Part shown: positions 38,517 to 47,675 of the stretch, piece after piece
How positions within the stretch are numbered: position 1 is the stretch's first letter
Layout: every line of letters begins with the position of its first letter
The notes under the pieces: model-generated
The model's input: the letters and a program-made list of their open reading frames with translations, nothing else
Told to the model about the DNA's origin: nothing
The model's database searches: none
NCBI GenBank assembly: GCA_024276935.1
Contig: JAJRWH010000043.1
Span: 5,416-69,415 of the forward strand
Length of the DNA: 64,000 nucleotides
Source: Deltaproteobacteria bacterium
GTDB lineage: Bacteria > Desulfobacterota > Desulfuromonadia > Desulfuromonadales > Geopsychrobacteraceae
Direction: 5' to 3'
Translations under genes and position numbers: made by a program

Positions 38517-41054
38517 ATGCTTAACGAACAGCAGTCAAATGAATTCGTTCAAAACTCTTTTGGGGATCGTTATCTGTTTCGTGTCAATGGCACTGCTTTT
38601 GACAAGATCGGTTCGGCGGCTGTTTATCAGAAACAGTTTGCAGACAAACTCTTCGAAGAGAATCATCTCTACATCATTCTGGGGACCGATTCGGGCCTTC
38701 TGCCGAAGTATCTGCTGCAAAAAGGCCTGCCAAGCGGAAGTACCTATCTGTTTGTTGAGCTTCCCGAAGTCATAGATGTTGTGCGTGCCGAACTCGATCT
38801 GGAGGACTCGGCCAAAAAGTTGTTGCTGACAACATTTGATTGCTGGCAGGAAGAGGCCGTGGCCTTTGAGTTTCAGAATTATGTCTATCTGAACAACATG
38901 GAATTTCATCGTTCCATTGCCGCTGAAGATCTGCATGTCGATGCCTACCAGGGAATAGGCCGTGAGTTACAGGAAGAACTGGAACAGATTCGCTGGATGC
39001 TTCAGGCCGAGATGGGCAGTGAGCTTTTCACCTTGCGCCAGCTGGAAAACCTGGCGGAGAACCGGTTGTCAGCGGCCTGTTTGCGCGGCAGTTTTACCGG
39101 TCGAACGGCTGTGGTTTTAGGGGGAGGGCCATCGCTCGATGACAGTATTTCATGGGTCATTGAGAACCGTGACAGCATGTTGGTGATTGCTGTATCGCGG
39201 ATCTGCCGTCGGCTGCTTGAGGTTGGTCTGATTCCCGATATCGTCGTCTCGATCGATCCCAATCAGATCAGTTATGACATCAGTAAAGAGATGCTGCTGT
39301 TGCATGAGCGGACCATATTTATCAATCAGTATCATGTTTCATCGCGCCTGCTTGGTCAGTGGCGCGGACGAAATTTTTATATGGGGCAGCGTCTTGAATG
39401 GGTTGCCGAAGATCCCGACCAGGCCTTCATCGCCCGGGGGCCGACGGTGACCAACTGTGCGATTGATCTGGCCGTTCAGATCGGGGTTGAACGAATCCTG
39501 CTTGCCGGGGTTGATCTCTGTTTCAGCCGTAAAGGCTTTACCCACGCCCAGGGAAGTAACGAATACGGAATCGGTCCACAACTGGGGACAGGACAGCTTT
39601 GGGTCGAAACCAACAGTGGTGAGATGGCTGAAACAACGGCTGATTTTCATTTTGCAATTTCGACGATTGCCGCACAGGCCACCCAGGCGGCTGAGTCGGG
39701 GTGTCAGTTGATCAATCTGGGTGACTGGTCGGCGCGAATTGATGGTGTCGCCTATGCCGATTGGCGTGATCTGGCCCTAAGCCCACTGCCGCAACCTGCC
39801 TTTGACATGTTGATGGAGTGGTTACCACCCGACAACAGTGAACTGAGGATTGCCCACCAGCAGGCCATGTTGGCAGAACTGGATGTCGCGGCCGGAACCT
39901 TCCGGGAAATCAAAAAACTGGCCCAGGAGGGAATCCGGGCCAATGATGGATTTTTTGGCCGGGTCGCAGGGGGCAAGGGAGAGAAGAAATACAAGGCAAA
40001 ACTGGATCGCATCGAGAAGAAGCTGAAAAAGGGATTCGATGTTTTTACCCCGATGCTCAAAAAGGCCGGAATTCGTGATTTTCTCAAGCTGACTCAGGGC
40101 GAAGGCGCTGACAGCTGGACCTCAGAAGACATTGATCGCCTGGGACGGATCTATTTTGAGGCCTATCGAGACACAGCCGCCAGATTGTTGAAGATGGTCG
40201 AAGCAGCGCAAAAGCGCCTTGAGTCACGGCTGGAAGAAGAGTCTGAATCGCCTGATCTGGCGCAGTGCTTCAGCCAGTGGCAACAAGATCAGCAGCCCGG
40301 TCGTTTCTATCTGTGGCGGCAGCGCAATCCAGACCTGGAAATCCCCCCGGAGCTGTTACCGCAGGTGGCAGAATTTGAGGCGGCATTCAAAAAAGACCTG
40401 GATGATCGCCAGACGATGCATATGGCCCGAGCACAAGCCTGGTCTGAGCTGGGCCCGGTATGTGGCAAGTTGAAGATGATGTATCGGCGGGGCGAGCGGG
40501 AAAATCTGGGTCATCTGGTGGATTGTCTTGACCCCGAGCGCAGTATCGATGAAAAGGCCCTGTTTCATCTGGGCAAAGGTCTGATTGCCGAATTTGATGA
40601 AAAAATTGATACGGCATTGGAGGAATATCGAAACTTGATCGATGCTCTTGCCGAAGAGAAGAAGGGGAGTGTTCTTGAAGAGGGTTTGCTGCGGGTGTTC
40701 TCAATCTCACTGGAGCGGACCGATGCGGAATCTGCCTTGCTGGCCGCCGAGTGCCTGGCTTCGATAGCACCGACCTATCTGCCCTATTACGCAGATATGC
40801 TCAAACTGACTGGCGACAGGGGCAAGGCCCTGGATGTTTATACGGACTATCTTGAGGAGGTTCGCGAAGATTTACCGGTCATGCTGAAGATGGGTTGCCT
40901 TTATATGGAAGCGGGAGTTACCGAAGGCGCAAAGTTGATGTTCGACATGGTGTTGGAACGTGAACCCTGGAATCAGGCCGCGCTGCATTTTTTGGAGACT
41001 CTGGAGCAGAATCAGACCAAAGAAACAGATCTGCAAGAACAGATCGATAACTGA
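38517..41054 (+). CDS. Long Maf (DUF115/MptE-like) protein with C-terminal TPR-like helical region
   Basis: 845 aa. TAVVLGGGPSLDDSISWV, IAVSRICRRLLEVGLIPDIVVSIDPNQ, GPTVTNCAIDLAVQIGVERILLAGVDLCF. The C-terminal roughly 250 aa are helical-repeat-like (ALDVYTDYLEE.., MGCLYMEAGVTEGAKLMFDMVLEREPWNQAAL). Confidence 0.8.
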   Translation: MLNEQQSNEFVQNSFGDRYLFRVNGTAFDKIGSAAVYQKQFADKLFEENHLYIILGTDSGLLPKYLLQKGLPSGSTYLFVELPEVIDVVRAELDLEDSAKKLLLTTFDCWQEEAVAFEFQNYVYLNNMEFHRSIAAEDLHVDAYQGIGRELQEELEQIRWMLQAEMGSELFTLRQLENLAENRLSAACLRGSFTGRTAVVLGGGPSLDDSISWVIENRDSMLVIAVSRICRRLLEVGLIPDIVVSIDPNQISYDISKEMLLLHERTIFINQYHVSSRLLGQWRGRNFYMGQRLEWVAEDPDQAFIARGPTVTNCAIDLAVQIGVERILLAGVDLCFSRKGFTHAQGSNEYGIGPQLGTGQLWVETNSGEMAETTADFHFAISTIAAQATQAAESGCQLINLGDWSARIDGVAYADWRDLALSPLPQPAFDMLMEWLPPDNSELRIAHQQAMLAELDVAAGTFREIKKLAQEGIRANDGFFGRVAGGKGEKKYKAKLDRIEKKLKKGFDVFTPMLKKAGIRDFLKLTQGEGADSWTSEDIDRLGRIYFEAYRDTAARLLKMVEAAQKRLESRLEEESESPDLAQCFSQWQQDQQPGRFYLWRQRNPDLEIPPELLPQVAEFEAAFKKDLDDRQTMHMARAQAWSELGPVCGKLKMMYRRGERENLGHLVDCLDPERSIDEKALFHLGKGLIAEFDEKIDTALEEYRNLIDALAEEKKGSVLEEGLLRVFSISLERTDAESALLAAECLASIAPTYLPYYADMLKLTGDRGKALDVYTDYLEEVREDLPVMLKMGCLYMEAGVTEGAKLMFDMVLEREPWNQAALHFLETLEQNQTKETDLQEQIDN

Positions 41055-41067
41055 AACGGGGTTGCTC

Positions 41068-42582
41068 GTGTGTAAAATCAAAACCATTGAAGAGATCAAG
41101 CCACTGCTCGATGAAGCCCGCAAAGAAGGACGTAAGATTATCCACTGTCACGGGGTTTTCGATCTGCTGCATATCGGGCATATCCGCTATTTTGAACAGG
41201 CGCGGGAGATGGGCGATCTGTTACTGGTCACCCTGACACCTGACCGCTTTGTTGACAAAGGACCGGGGCGTCCGGCCTTTACCGAAGATTTGCGGGCCGA
41301 AAGTATTGCTTCGCTCGATCCGGTCGATTTCGTGGTTATCAACCAGTGGCCGACGGCAGAAGAAACCTTGCGTGTCTTGCGGCCGGATATCTACGTCAAG
41401 GGCTGGGAATTCAAGGAGATTGTCAATGACCCTACCGGCAAGATGGCACTTGAGGCTGAAGTTGTTCGTGAGGTCGGTGCCGAGCTGGCTTTTGCCGGTG
41501 ATATTGTTTTCAGTTCTTCAAACCTGATCAACCGATATTTTTCTCAGCAGCCTGAAGAACTTAAAAGTTATCTCGACCTGTTACGGACCCGGGCCAGTAT
41601 CGAGGGGATCAGCGCGCTGTTTGAGCGCATGGAAAAACTGAAAGTTCTGGTGGTCGGTGATGCCATTCTGGATGCCTACCAGTATTGCGATACGATTGGG
41701 AAATCTTCCAAAGATCCAACCCTGGCCATGAAATATCGTTCAGAAGATCTGTTTGCCGGTGGGGTTTTTGCGGTGGCTAACCATGTGGCCGGATTTGCCC
41801 GTCAGGTCGACCTGTTGACCGTCATCGGTGAGCAGAACTCGCAGGAAGAATTTATTCGCCAGCATCTTCAGCCCAACATTACCCCGACCTTTTTTACTCT
41901 GCCGCAGGCTCCGACTTTGACCAAGCGTCGTTTTATCGATGCCTATTCCCTGAACAAGTTGCTCGAAATCTACGAAATGGACGATTCGGGCCTGCCACCA
42001 GAGCAGACCGAACGCTTCAATGACTGGTTGCGCCAGAGGATTCGTGACTACGATCTGGTTATCGTCGCCGATTTCGGTCATGGCACGATTGCTGACGAAA
42101 CAGTGCGATTGCTGCAAAAGGCCCCCTTTCTGGCGGTCAATACCCAGGCCAATGCCGGAAACCGCGGTTTCAATACCATTGGACGTTATCCAGGGGCCGA
42201 TTTTGGCTGTCTGGCCGAGCATGAACTGCGGCTTGAATACCGTGACATGCGCGGAGATGTGCGTCCCTACCTGCATCATCTGGTCAGACGTTTGGGGGCC
42301 GGGCGTTTCGTCGTCACTCTCGGTCGCCGGGGTTGTGAGGTCTGTAACGCGCGGGGTGAATTTATCAAGGTGCCAACCTTTGCCCGTAACGCTGTAGACC
42401 GGGTCGGAGCCGGTGATGCATTTTTCTCGATCGCTTCGTTGGCCGCCGCTCTGGATGCACCGGATGAAATGATCGCCTTTACCGGCAGTGTTGCCGGTTC
42501 GCTGGCGGTTGAAATTATCGGTAATGAAAAGTCGATTGATCGGATGTCAGCACAGAAATTTGTCACGGCATTGCTGAAATAG
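41068..42582 (+). CDS. Bifunctional sugar-phosphate nucleotidyltransferase (N-term, cytidylyl/adenylyl-transferase fold) / PfkB sugar kinase (C-term); HldE-like with inverted domain order
   Basis: N-terminal IIHCHGVFDLLHIGHIRYFEQA (GxFDxxHxGH nucleotidyltransferase motif). C-terminal VLVVGDAILDAYQYCDTIGKSSKDP...GGVFAVANHVAGF...DRVGAGDAFFS (PfkB/RfaE-I type). Start is GTG 41068 or TTG 41062. Confidence 0.75.
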   Translation: MCKIKTIEEIKPLLDEARKEGRKIIHCHGVFDLLHIGHIRYFEQAREMGDLLLVTLTPDRFVDKGPGRPAFTEDLRAESIASLDPVDFVVINQWPTAEETLRVLRPDIYVKGWEFKEIVNDPTGKMALEAEVVREVGAELAFAGDIVFSSSNLINRYFSQQPEELKSYLDLLRTRASIEGISALFERMEKLKVLVVGDAILDAYQYCDTIGKSSKDPTLAMKYRSEDLFAGGVFAVANHVAGFARQVDLLTVIGEQNSQEEFIRQHLQPNITPTFFTLPQAPTLTKRRFIDAYSLNKLLEIYEMDDSGLPPEQTERFNDWLRQRIRDYDLVIVADFGHGTIADETVRLLQKAPFLAVNTQANAGNRGFNTIGRYPGADFGCLAEHELRLEYRDMRGDVRPYLHHLVRRLGAGRFVVTLGRRGCEVCNARGEFIKVPTFARNAVDRVGAGDAFFSIASLAAALDAPDEMIAFTGSVAGSLAVEIIGNEKSIDRMSAQKFVTALLK

Positions 42583-42599
42583 AGGGTGGAGAATCAGGG

Positions 42600-43631
42600 A
42601 TGATCAACAAACCCGTTTATCGTGAATTTGACCGGAGTCGCCTGCAACTGCAACCTCTGGCGCAACGGCAGCACAAGCTTGATCTGTCGATCCTGTTGCC
42701 GCTTGAGAGGCGCCATTATTTTGGTCCTGACTATCAGGTGCTGGCTGAACGGTTGTTGAGCGCCCGCGAAAATCGGCGGGCCGCAATTTTGATGATGGGG
42801 GCCCATGTGATTCGCTCCGGGGTGCAAACCTATCTGATCGATCTGATGGAGCGGGGGCTGATCAGTGCGCTGGCGATGAATGGTGCCGGGATCATCCATG
42901 ACTATGAACTGGCCCTGATCGGAGCGACAACCGAGTGTGTCGAACGCTACATCAGCAATGGTCAGTTCGGTTTCTGGCAGGAAACCGGGCGTCTCAACTC
43001 TCTTGTCAGCGAAGCGGCCCGAGCCGAAAAAGGACTGGGGGAGGCGGTTGGTGAAATGATTGAAACCGGTGATTTTCCCCATCGCCAGATCAGTCTGGCG
43101 GCTGCGGCCTGGCGGCTGGGTATCCCTTTGACGGTTCATGTCGGGATCGGTCAGGACATTATCCATCAGCATCCAGATTGTGATGGAGCCGCTTTCGGGG
43201 CTTGCAGTTACCGGGATTTCTTGCGGTTTGCGGCCGAACTTGAACGCCTTGAAAAAGGGGTGGTGATGAATTTCGGCAGTGCGGTGATGGCTCCCGAAGT
43301 CTATCTGAAGGCCCTGGCCATGGTGCGAAATGTTGCCCATCAACGTCAGGAGCAGGTGGCCGACTTTACGACCCTGGTTGCCGATCTGCCGCAGTTGCCG
43401 GGCGATTATCACAGTGAACCACGTACTGACGACCCCGCCTACTATTTTCGTCCCTGGAAAACCATGCTGGTACGCACTGTCAAAGATGGCGGGCGCAGCA
43501 TTTATTTACAGGGCCGCCATGCTGAAACAATACCGACCCTCTGGAGCGCCATCGGCGCACTGGAGGACCAGATGAAGGGAGAGTCCCATGACCTGGCAGG
43601 ATCACAGCCGTCTGCTTCAACGTCAGCTTGA
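42600..43631 (+). CDS. Uncharacterised 343-aa protein; N-terminal part resembles the deoxyhypusine-synthase-like NAD-binding fold (tentative)
   Basis: ILMMGAHVIRSGVQTYLIDLMERGLISALAMNGAGIIHDYELALIG is reminiscent of the DHS G-A..G..-I-DL-I..G-vd-l-tGAn-HD layout. The assignment is from memory and is weak. Confidence 0.3.
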   Translation: MINKPVYREFDRSRLQLQPLAQRQHKLDLSILLPLERRHYFGPDYQVLAERLLSARENRRAAILMMGAHVIRSGVQTYLIDLMERGLISALAMNGAGIIHDYELALIGATTECVERYISNGQFGFWQETGRLNSLVSEAARAEKGLGEAVGEMIETGDFPHRQISLAAAAWRLGIPLTVHVGIGQDIIHQHPDCDGAAFGACSYRDFLRFAAELERLEKGVVMNFGSAVMAPEVYLKALAMVRNVAHQRQEQVADFTTLVADLPQLPGDYHSEPRTDDPAYYFRPWKTMLVRTVKDGGRSIYLQGRHAETIPTLWSAIGALEDQMKGESHDLAGSQPSASTSA

Positions 43632-44196
43632 TGCACTACAGATCAGTAAAGGACAGCGTAAATTTATTTTGCCCACGGACGAAGGTTTTGCCCATTGGAC
43701 CGACCGGACCTGTCGGACTGCTCTGACCGGACGTACCGTTTATCTGATCGGTAATGGTGCCAGTGCCTCGATGGCCAGTCACATGGCCGCAGATCTGGCC
43801 AAAAATGCCTATGTTCATACTGAAGTTTTCAGCGATCTGTCGCTGTTGACCGCTATTGCCAATGATATCAGCTACGACGAGGTTTTTGCCGAGCCGCTGC
43901 GCCGCCGTATGGTCCAGGGCGACATGCTGGTTGCCATCAGCAGCAGTGGCAGTTCACCCAATGTTCTGCGGGCTGCCGAAACCGCGCGCAGTATGGGGGG
44001 GTACGTGGTGACTCTGTCGGCAATGCGGGACGACAATCCATTACGTCAGGCGGGCCAGCTTAACCTGTACCTTCCGGCAGACACCTATGGTACAGCCGAA
44101 AGCGGGCATGCTTCTATTTTGCATTTTTGGATGGATCAGGTTGCCGAACGACGAGCCCATCTGGCGGATTCACCGGCGGAAGGAACCCATGGATAA
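43588..44196 (+). CDS. SIS-domain sugar-phosphate isomerase, GmhA (sedoheptulose-7-phosphate isomerase)-like
   Basis: 202 aa. VYLIGNGASASMASHMAADL, DMLVAISSSGSSPNVLRAAETARSMGGYVVTLS, and a His-containing C-terminal segment AESGHASILHFW. Confidence 0.75.
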   Translation: MTWQDHSRLLQRQLDALQISKGQRKFILPTDEGFAHWTDRTCRTALTGRTVYLIGNGASASMASHMAADLAKNAYVHTEVFSDLSLLTAIANDISYDEVFAEPLRRRMVQGDMLVAISSSGSSPNVLRAAETARSMGGYVVTLSAMRDDNPLRQAGQLNLYLPADTYGTAESGHASILHFWMDQVAERRAHLADSPAEGTHG

Positions 44197-45256
44197 GTAT
44201 CGGATCGACAGTCATAAATTGATGTTTCATGTTCCGCGGGTCAATGCCTGGTTGCAGGGAGAGCAGGTTTATCCGCTCTATGCCGAGATCAGTCCGACCG
44301 GAGCCTGCAACCATCGTTGTACTTTCTGCGCTCTTGATTACATGGAGTATCAACCGCGTTATCTGGATGCCGATCTGCTGGCAGAGAGGTTGAAGGAGCT
44401 GGGGCAATTGGGACTGAAGTCGGTGATGTTTGCCGGTGAAGGTGAACCCTTTCTCCATCCCCAGTTGGCGCAGATGGTTGGTGCCGCCAAAACTGCCGGT
44501 ATTGATGTTGCTCTGACCAGTAACGGGGTGTTGATGGATGAAGAGCGGGCCCGCTGGATTCTGCCACAACTCAGCTGGATCAAGGTGAGTATCAACGCTG
44601 GTCGTGCGGCAACCTACAGTGCCATCCACCGCACCAAGGAAAGTGACTTTGCCAAAGTGATCGAGAATTTTCGTCGCGCCGTGAAGTTGCGGACAGAAAA
44701 CAACTGGGATTGCACCATCGGTTTTCAGATGTTGTTGCTGCCGGAAAATCGGGACGAAGCCGCTGATCTGGCTGCGATAGGCCGCGAAATCGGCATCGAT
44801 TATCTGGTGATCAAACCCTATTCACAACACCTGCACAGCCAGACCGAGCAGTACCGCGACACCGATTATTCGGATATTGAAGATCTGCAACAGCAGTTGG
44901 CAGGCTACAGCAATGACCGCTTCAAAGTGCTGGTGCGAGCAGGAACCATGGCCAAATTGAAAGCCGAAAATCCGGCCTATCCGCGCTGTCTGGCCCTGCC
45001 TTTCTGGTCTTACATTGATGCCGGTGGCGGAGTCTGGGGATGCAGTGCTCATCTCGGTGACGAACGGTTTCTGTACGGCAATATCAATCAACAGAGTTTT
45101 GCGCAGATCTGGTCAGGTGAAGCGCGCCAAAAATCATTGGCCTGGGTGGCAGACGAACTTGATACCAGTGGCTGCCGGGTTAACTGCCGGATGGATGAAA
45201 TCAACCGCTACCTGCATGAGCTGAAACACCCCGGTGCTCATGTGAACTTTATTTAG
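44189..45256 (+). CDS. Radical SAM enzyme, paralog 1 of 3
   Basis: CNHRCTFC (CxxxCxxC) at about residue 45, GEGEP glycine-rich motif, C-terminal Cys cluster (CSAHLG..GCRVNCRMDE), tail HVNFI. ATG 44189 overlaps the stop of the SIS gene. Confidence 0.8.
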   Translation: MDKYRIDSHKLMFHVPRVNAWLQGEQVYPLYAEISPTGACNHRCTFCALDYMEYQPRYLDADLLAERLKELGQLGLKSVMFAGEGEPFLHPQLAQMVGAAKTAGIDVALTSNGVLMDEERARWILPQLSWIKVSINAGRAATYSAIHRTKESDFAKVIENFRRAVKLRTENNWDCTIGFQMLLLPENRDEAADLAAIGREIGIDYLVIKPYSQHLHSQTEQYRDTDYSDIEDLQQQLAGYSNDRFKVLVRAGTMAKLKAENPAYPRCLALPFWSYIDAGGGVWGCSAHLGDERFLYGNINQQSFAQIWSGEARQKSLAWVADELDTSGCRVNCRMDEINRYLHELKHPGAHVNFI

Positions 45257-45266
45257 GATCTCATCG

Positions 45267-45869
45267 ATGGCACGTCGTATCGGGATCGATTTTGACAATA
45301 CTCTGGTCTGTTACGACCGGTTGTTCCTTCAGTTGGCACAGGAGGAGGGCCACGCCCTGCCAACCAACCTGGGGGGGAAAACCGCCCTGCGTGACTGGTT
45401 GCGGTTGCAGCCAGCAGGAGAAATCGCCTGGCAACGCTTGCAGGCTCAGGCCTATGGCCCGCGAATAACCGAGGCCAGCCTGTTTGAGGGGGTGGAAGAG
45501 ATTCTGAGTGTCTGGCACCAGCGCGGCGATCAGTTGTTTGTGGTCAGTCACAAATCACTTTATGCCGCCCAGGATCAGGAAGGGGTCAATCTTCAGCAGG
45601 CGGCGCGAAACTTTTTGGAACAGAGCGGCCTGTTTGAACGTCAGTTGCTGAATGTGGAACAGGTTTATTTTGAACAAAGCCGTCAGGCAAAGGTTGCACG
45701 AATTGCCGAGCTTGGTTGCGAGATATTTATTGATGATCTGGTGGAAACGTTTGCCGAGCAAGGCTTTCCACAAGGGGTTCGACAAATCCTTTTCGGTGAG
45801 TGTTTATCGCCGCCTGATGGTATCGAATGCTGCCGCAGCTGGCAGGAGATCGGGCGGGTTCTGGAATAA
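45267..45869 (+). CDS. HAD-superfamily phosphatase
   Basis: N-terminal IGIDFDNTL (DxDxT motif I), VVSHKS (motif II-like), and a late IFIDD acidic motif. 200 aa. Confidence 0.7.
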   Translation: MARRIGIDFDNTLVCYDRLFLQLAQEEGHALPTNLGGKTALRDWLRLQPAGEIAWQRLQAQAYGPRITEASLFEGVEEILSVWHQRGDQLFVVSHKSLYAAQDQEGVNLQQAARNFLEQSGLFERQLLNVEQVYFEQSRQAKVARIAELGCEIFIDDLVETFAEQGFPQGVRQILFGECLSPPDGIECCRSWQEIGRVLE

Positions 45870-45874
45870 ATGGA

Positions 45875-46864
45875 ATGGAAAAAGAATTGAACCAGGTGCT
45901 GCAAAAAGAACTGCAAGATCCTCTCTTGCGTTGTTCAGTCGTCGAACAGGGGGGAAACAGTCAGGCTGTGCTGGTCAGCAGTCCGCGGCATGGTGAATTG
46001 CTGGTCAAGCGATATATCGCTGATGGTCGTAAACGGCTCGAAACCGAATATGCTGCGCTGAAATTTCTGTCTCAAAATGGTTTGCCGGTTGCCCGGCCCC
46101 TGTTGGCGCGCCCCGCAGAAAACTATGCAGTTTACAGCCGTCTGCCGGGGACTCTTCCTGACCCGGAAAAGGTCGACCAGCATCTTGTGCAACTGCTCGA
46201 TTTTCTGCGTCGGTTACATGGTTTCAGGAAGGAACTGCGCGATTTCCCTCCAGCGGCTGAGGCCTGCTTGTGTGCCGGGGAGACCCTGGCACTGGTGAAG
46301 AAACGGCGGCAACAATTGAACGCCGTAGCGGATGATGCCTTGCAGAATTTTTTAACCCGCAAGTTCGACCCCTGTTGCCAGCGATTATGCGAGGTTTTTC
46401 AGACTGCGGCAGCTTCAACCCTGGACGTCGAACTTTCTGATGGGCAGCAGACTCTGAGCCCCTCGGATTTTGGTTTACACAATGCACTCTGTTGTCCTGA
46501 GGGGCAGCTTGCGTTTGTTGATTTCGAATATTTCGGACGTGATGATCCGGCCAAGCTGGTCAGTGATTTTCTCTGGCATCCTGCAATGCAATTGTCCGCC
46601 AGATTCAAGACTGATTTTCTTCAGGGTTGCCGCAGGATTTATGGAGAGGAGTTTTATCAGCGTTTCCAGCAGGCCCACCCGCTCCATGGCCTGAAATGGG
46701 TTCTGCTGCTCCTGAATGAGTTTTTGCCGCACCATTGGCAGCGACGGCGTTTTGCCGGAGAGAAAATGTCTCGGCAACAACGCCAGCAAAACCAACTTGA
46801 AAAAGCGCAGAGTTTGCTGGCGCGAATTGAATTGCTGGAGAAAGGAACCACCGATGCAAATTGA
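45875..46864 (+). CDS. APH/choline-kinase-fold phosphotransferase (possible sugar kinase)
   Basis: 329 aa. Catalytic-loop type SPSDFGLHNALCCPEGQLAFVDFEYFGRDDP (D..N ... DFE). ATG 45875. Confidence 0.65.
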   Translation: MEKELNQVLQKELQDPLLRCSVVEQGGNSQAVLVSSPRHGELLVKRYIADGRKRLETEYAALKFLSQNGLPVARPLLARPAENYAVYSRLPGTLPDPEKVDQHLVQLLDFLRRLHGFRKELRDFPPAAEACLCAGETLALVKKRRQQLNAVADDALQNFLTRKFDPCCQRLCEVFQTAAASTLDVELSDGQQTLSPSDFGLHNALCCPEGQLAFVDFEYFGRDDPAKLVSDFLWHPAMQLSARFKTDFLQGCRRIYGEEFYQRFQQAHPLHGLKWVLLLLNEFLPHHWQRRRFAGEKMSRQQRQQNQLEKAQSLLARIELLEKGTTDAN

Positions 46865-47675
46865 TCCGCTCAAAACGCCCCTCGATCGCAGATCGCGTGA
46901 ACTGAGGCACCAGATGGTGCGGATGATGGAAGAAGCCGGGCGTGGCCATCTGGCTTCGGCATTTTCGCTGGTCGAGATTCTACGGGTTCTCTATGACGAT
47001 ATTTTACGCATAGATCCGTCCCGGCCTGATTGGCCGCAGCGTGACCGCTTGATTCTCAGCAAGGGACACGGCTGTATGGCCCTTTATGTGATGTTGGCCG
47101 AACGGGGGTTTTTCCCCGAATCGGCGTTGTGGGATTTCTGTAAACCGGGCGGTTTGCTCGGGGGACATCCCGAACACAAGGTGCCGGGGGTTGAGGCCTC
47201 GACCGGCAGTCTGGGACATGGCCTTTCTTTTGGGGTTGGTTTTGCCCTTAATGCCCGGATGGATGACAGCCCGGCTCGTACTTATGTGGTTGTTGGCGAT
47301 GGGGAATGCAATGAAGGTTCAGTGTGGGAGGCGGCGATGGCGGCGGCCAAACACCAGCTGGCAAATCTCTGTGTGCTGGTTGACTGCAACAAACTGCAAT
47401 CCTACGGGCCGACAGCCGATATCCAGAATCTTGATCCCTTCGCCGACAAGTGGCGGGCCTTCGGTTTTGAGGTCAACGAAGTCGATGGTCATGATCTGGT
47501 GGCGTTGCGACAGCTGCTGGAGCGCCCGCCGGGGAGACAGCCGCGGACGATCATCTGCCACACCGTCAAAGGCAAGGGGATTCCCGAGGTTGAAAATAAT
47601 CTGGCCTGGCATCACAAGAGTAAATTGCCGACCGAAAAACTGGCTGAACTTTATCAGGCGCTGGAGGAGAACTGA
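46854..47675 (+). CDS. Transketolase, N-terminal (TPP-binding) subunit
   Basis: GHLASAFSLVEIL, LSKGHGCMALY, TGSLGHGLSFGVGFAL, VVVGDGECNEGSVWEAAMAA. The start overlaps the kinase stop by 11 nt. Confidence 0.9.
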   Translation: MQIDPLKTPLDRRSRELRHQMVRMMEEAGRGHLASAFSLVEILRVLYDDILRIDPSRPDWPQRDRLILSKGHGCMALYVMLAERGFFPESALWDFCKPGGLLGGHPEHKVPGVEASTGSLGHGLSFGVGFALNARMDDSPARTYVVVGDGECNEGSVWEAAMAAAKHQLANLCVLVDCNKLQSYGPTADIQNLDPFADKWRAFGFEVNEVDGHDLVALRQLLERPPGRQPRTIICHTVKGKGIPEVENNLAWHHKSKLPTEKLAELYQALEEN

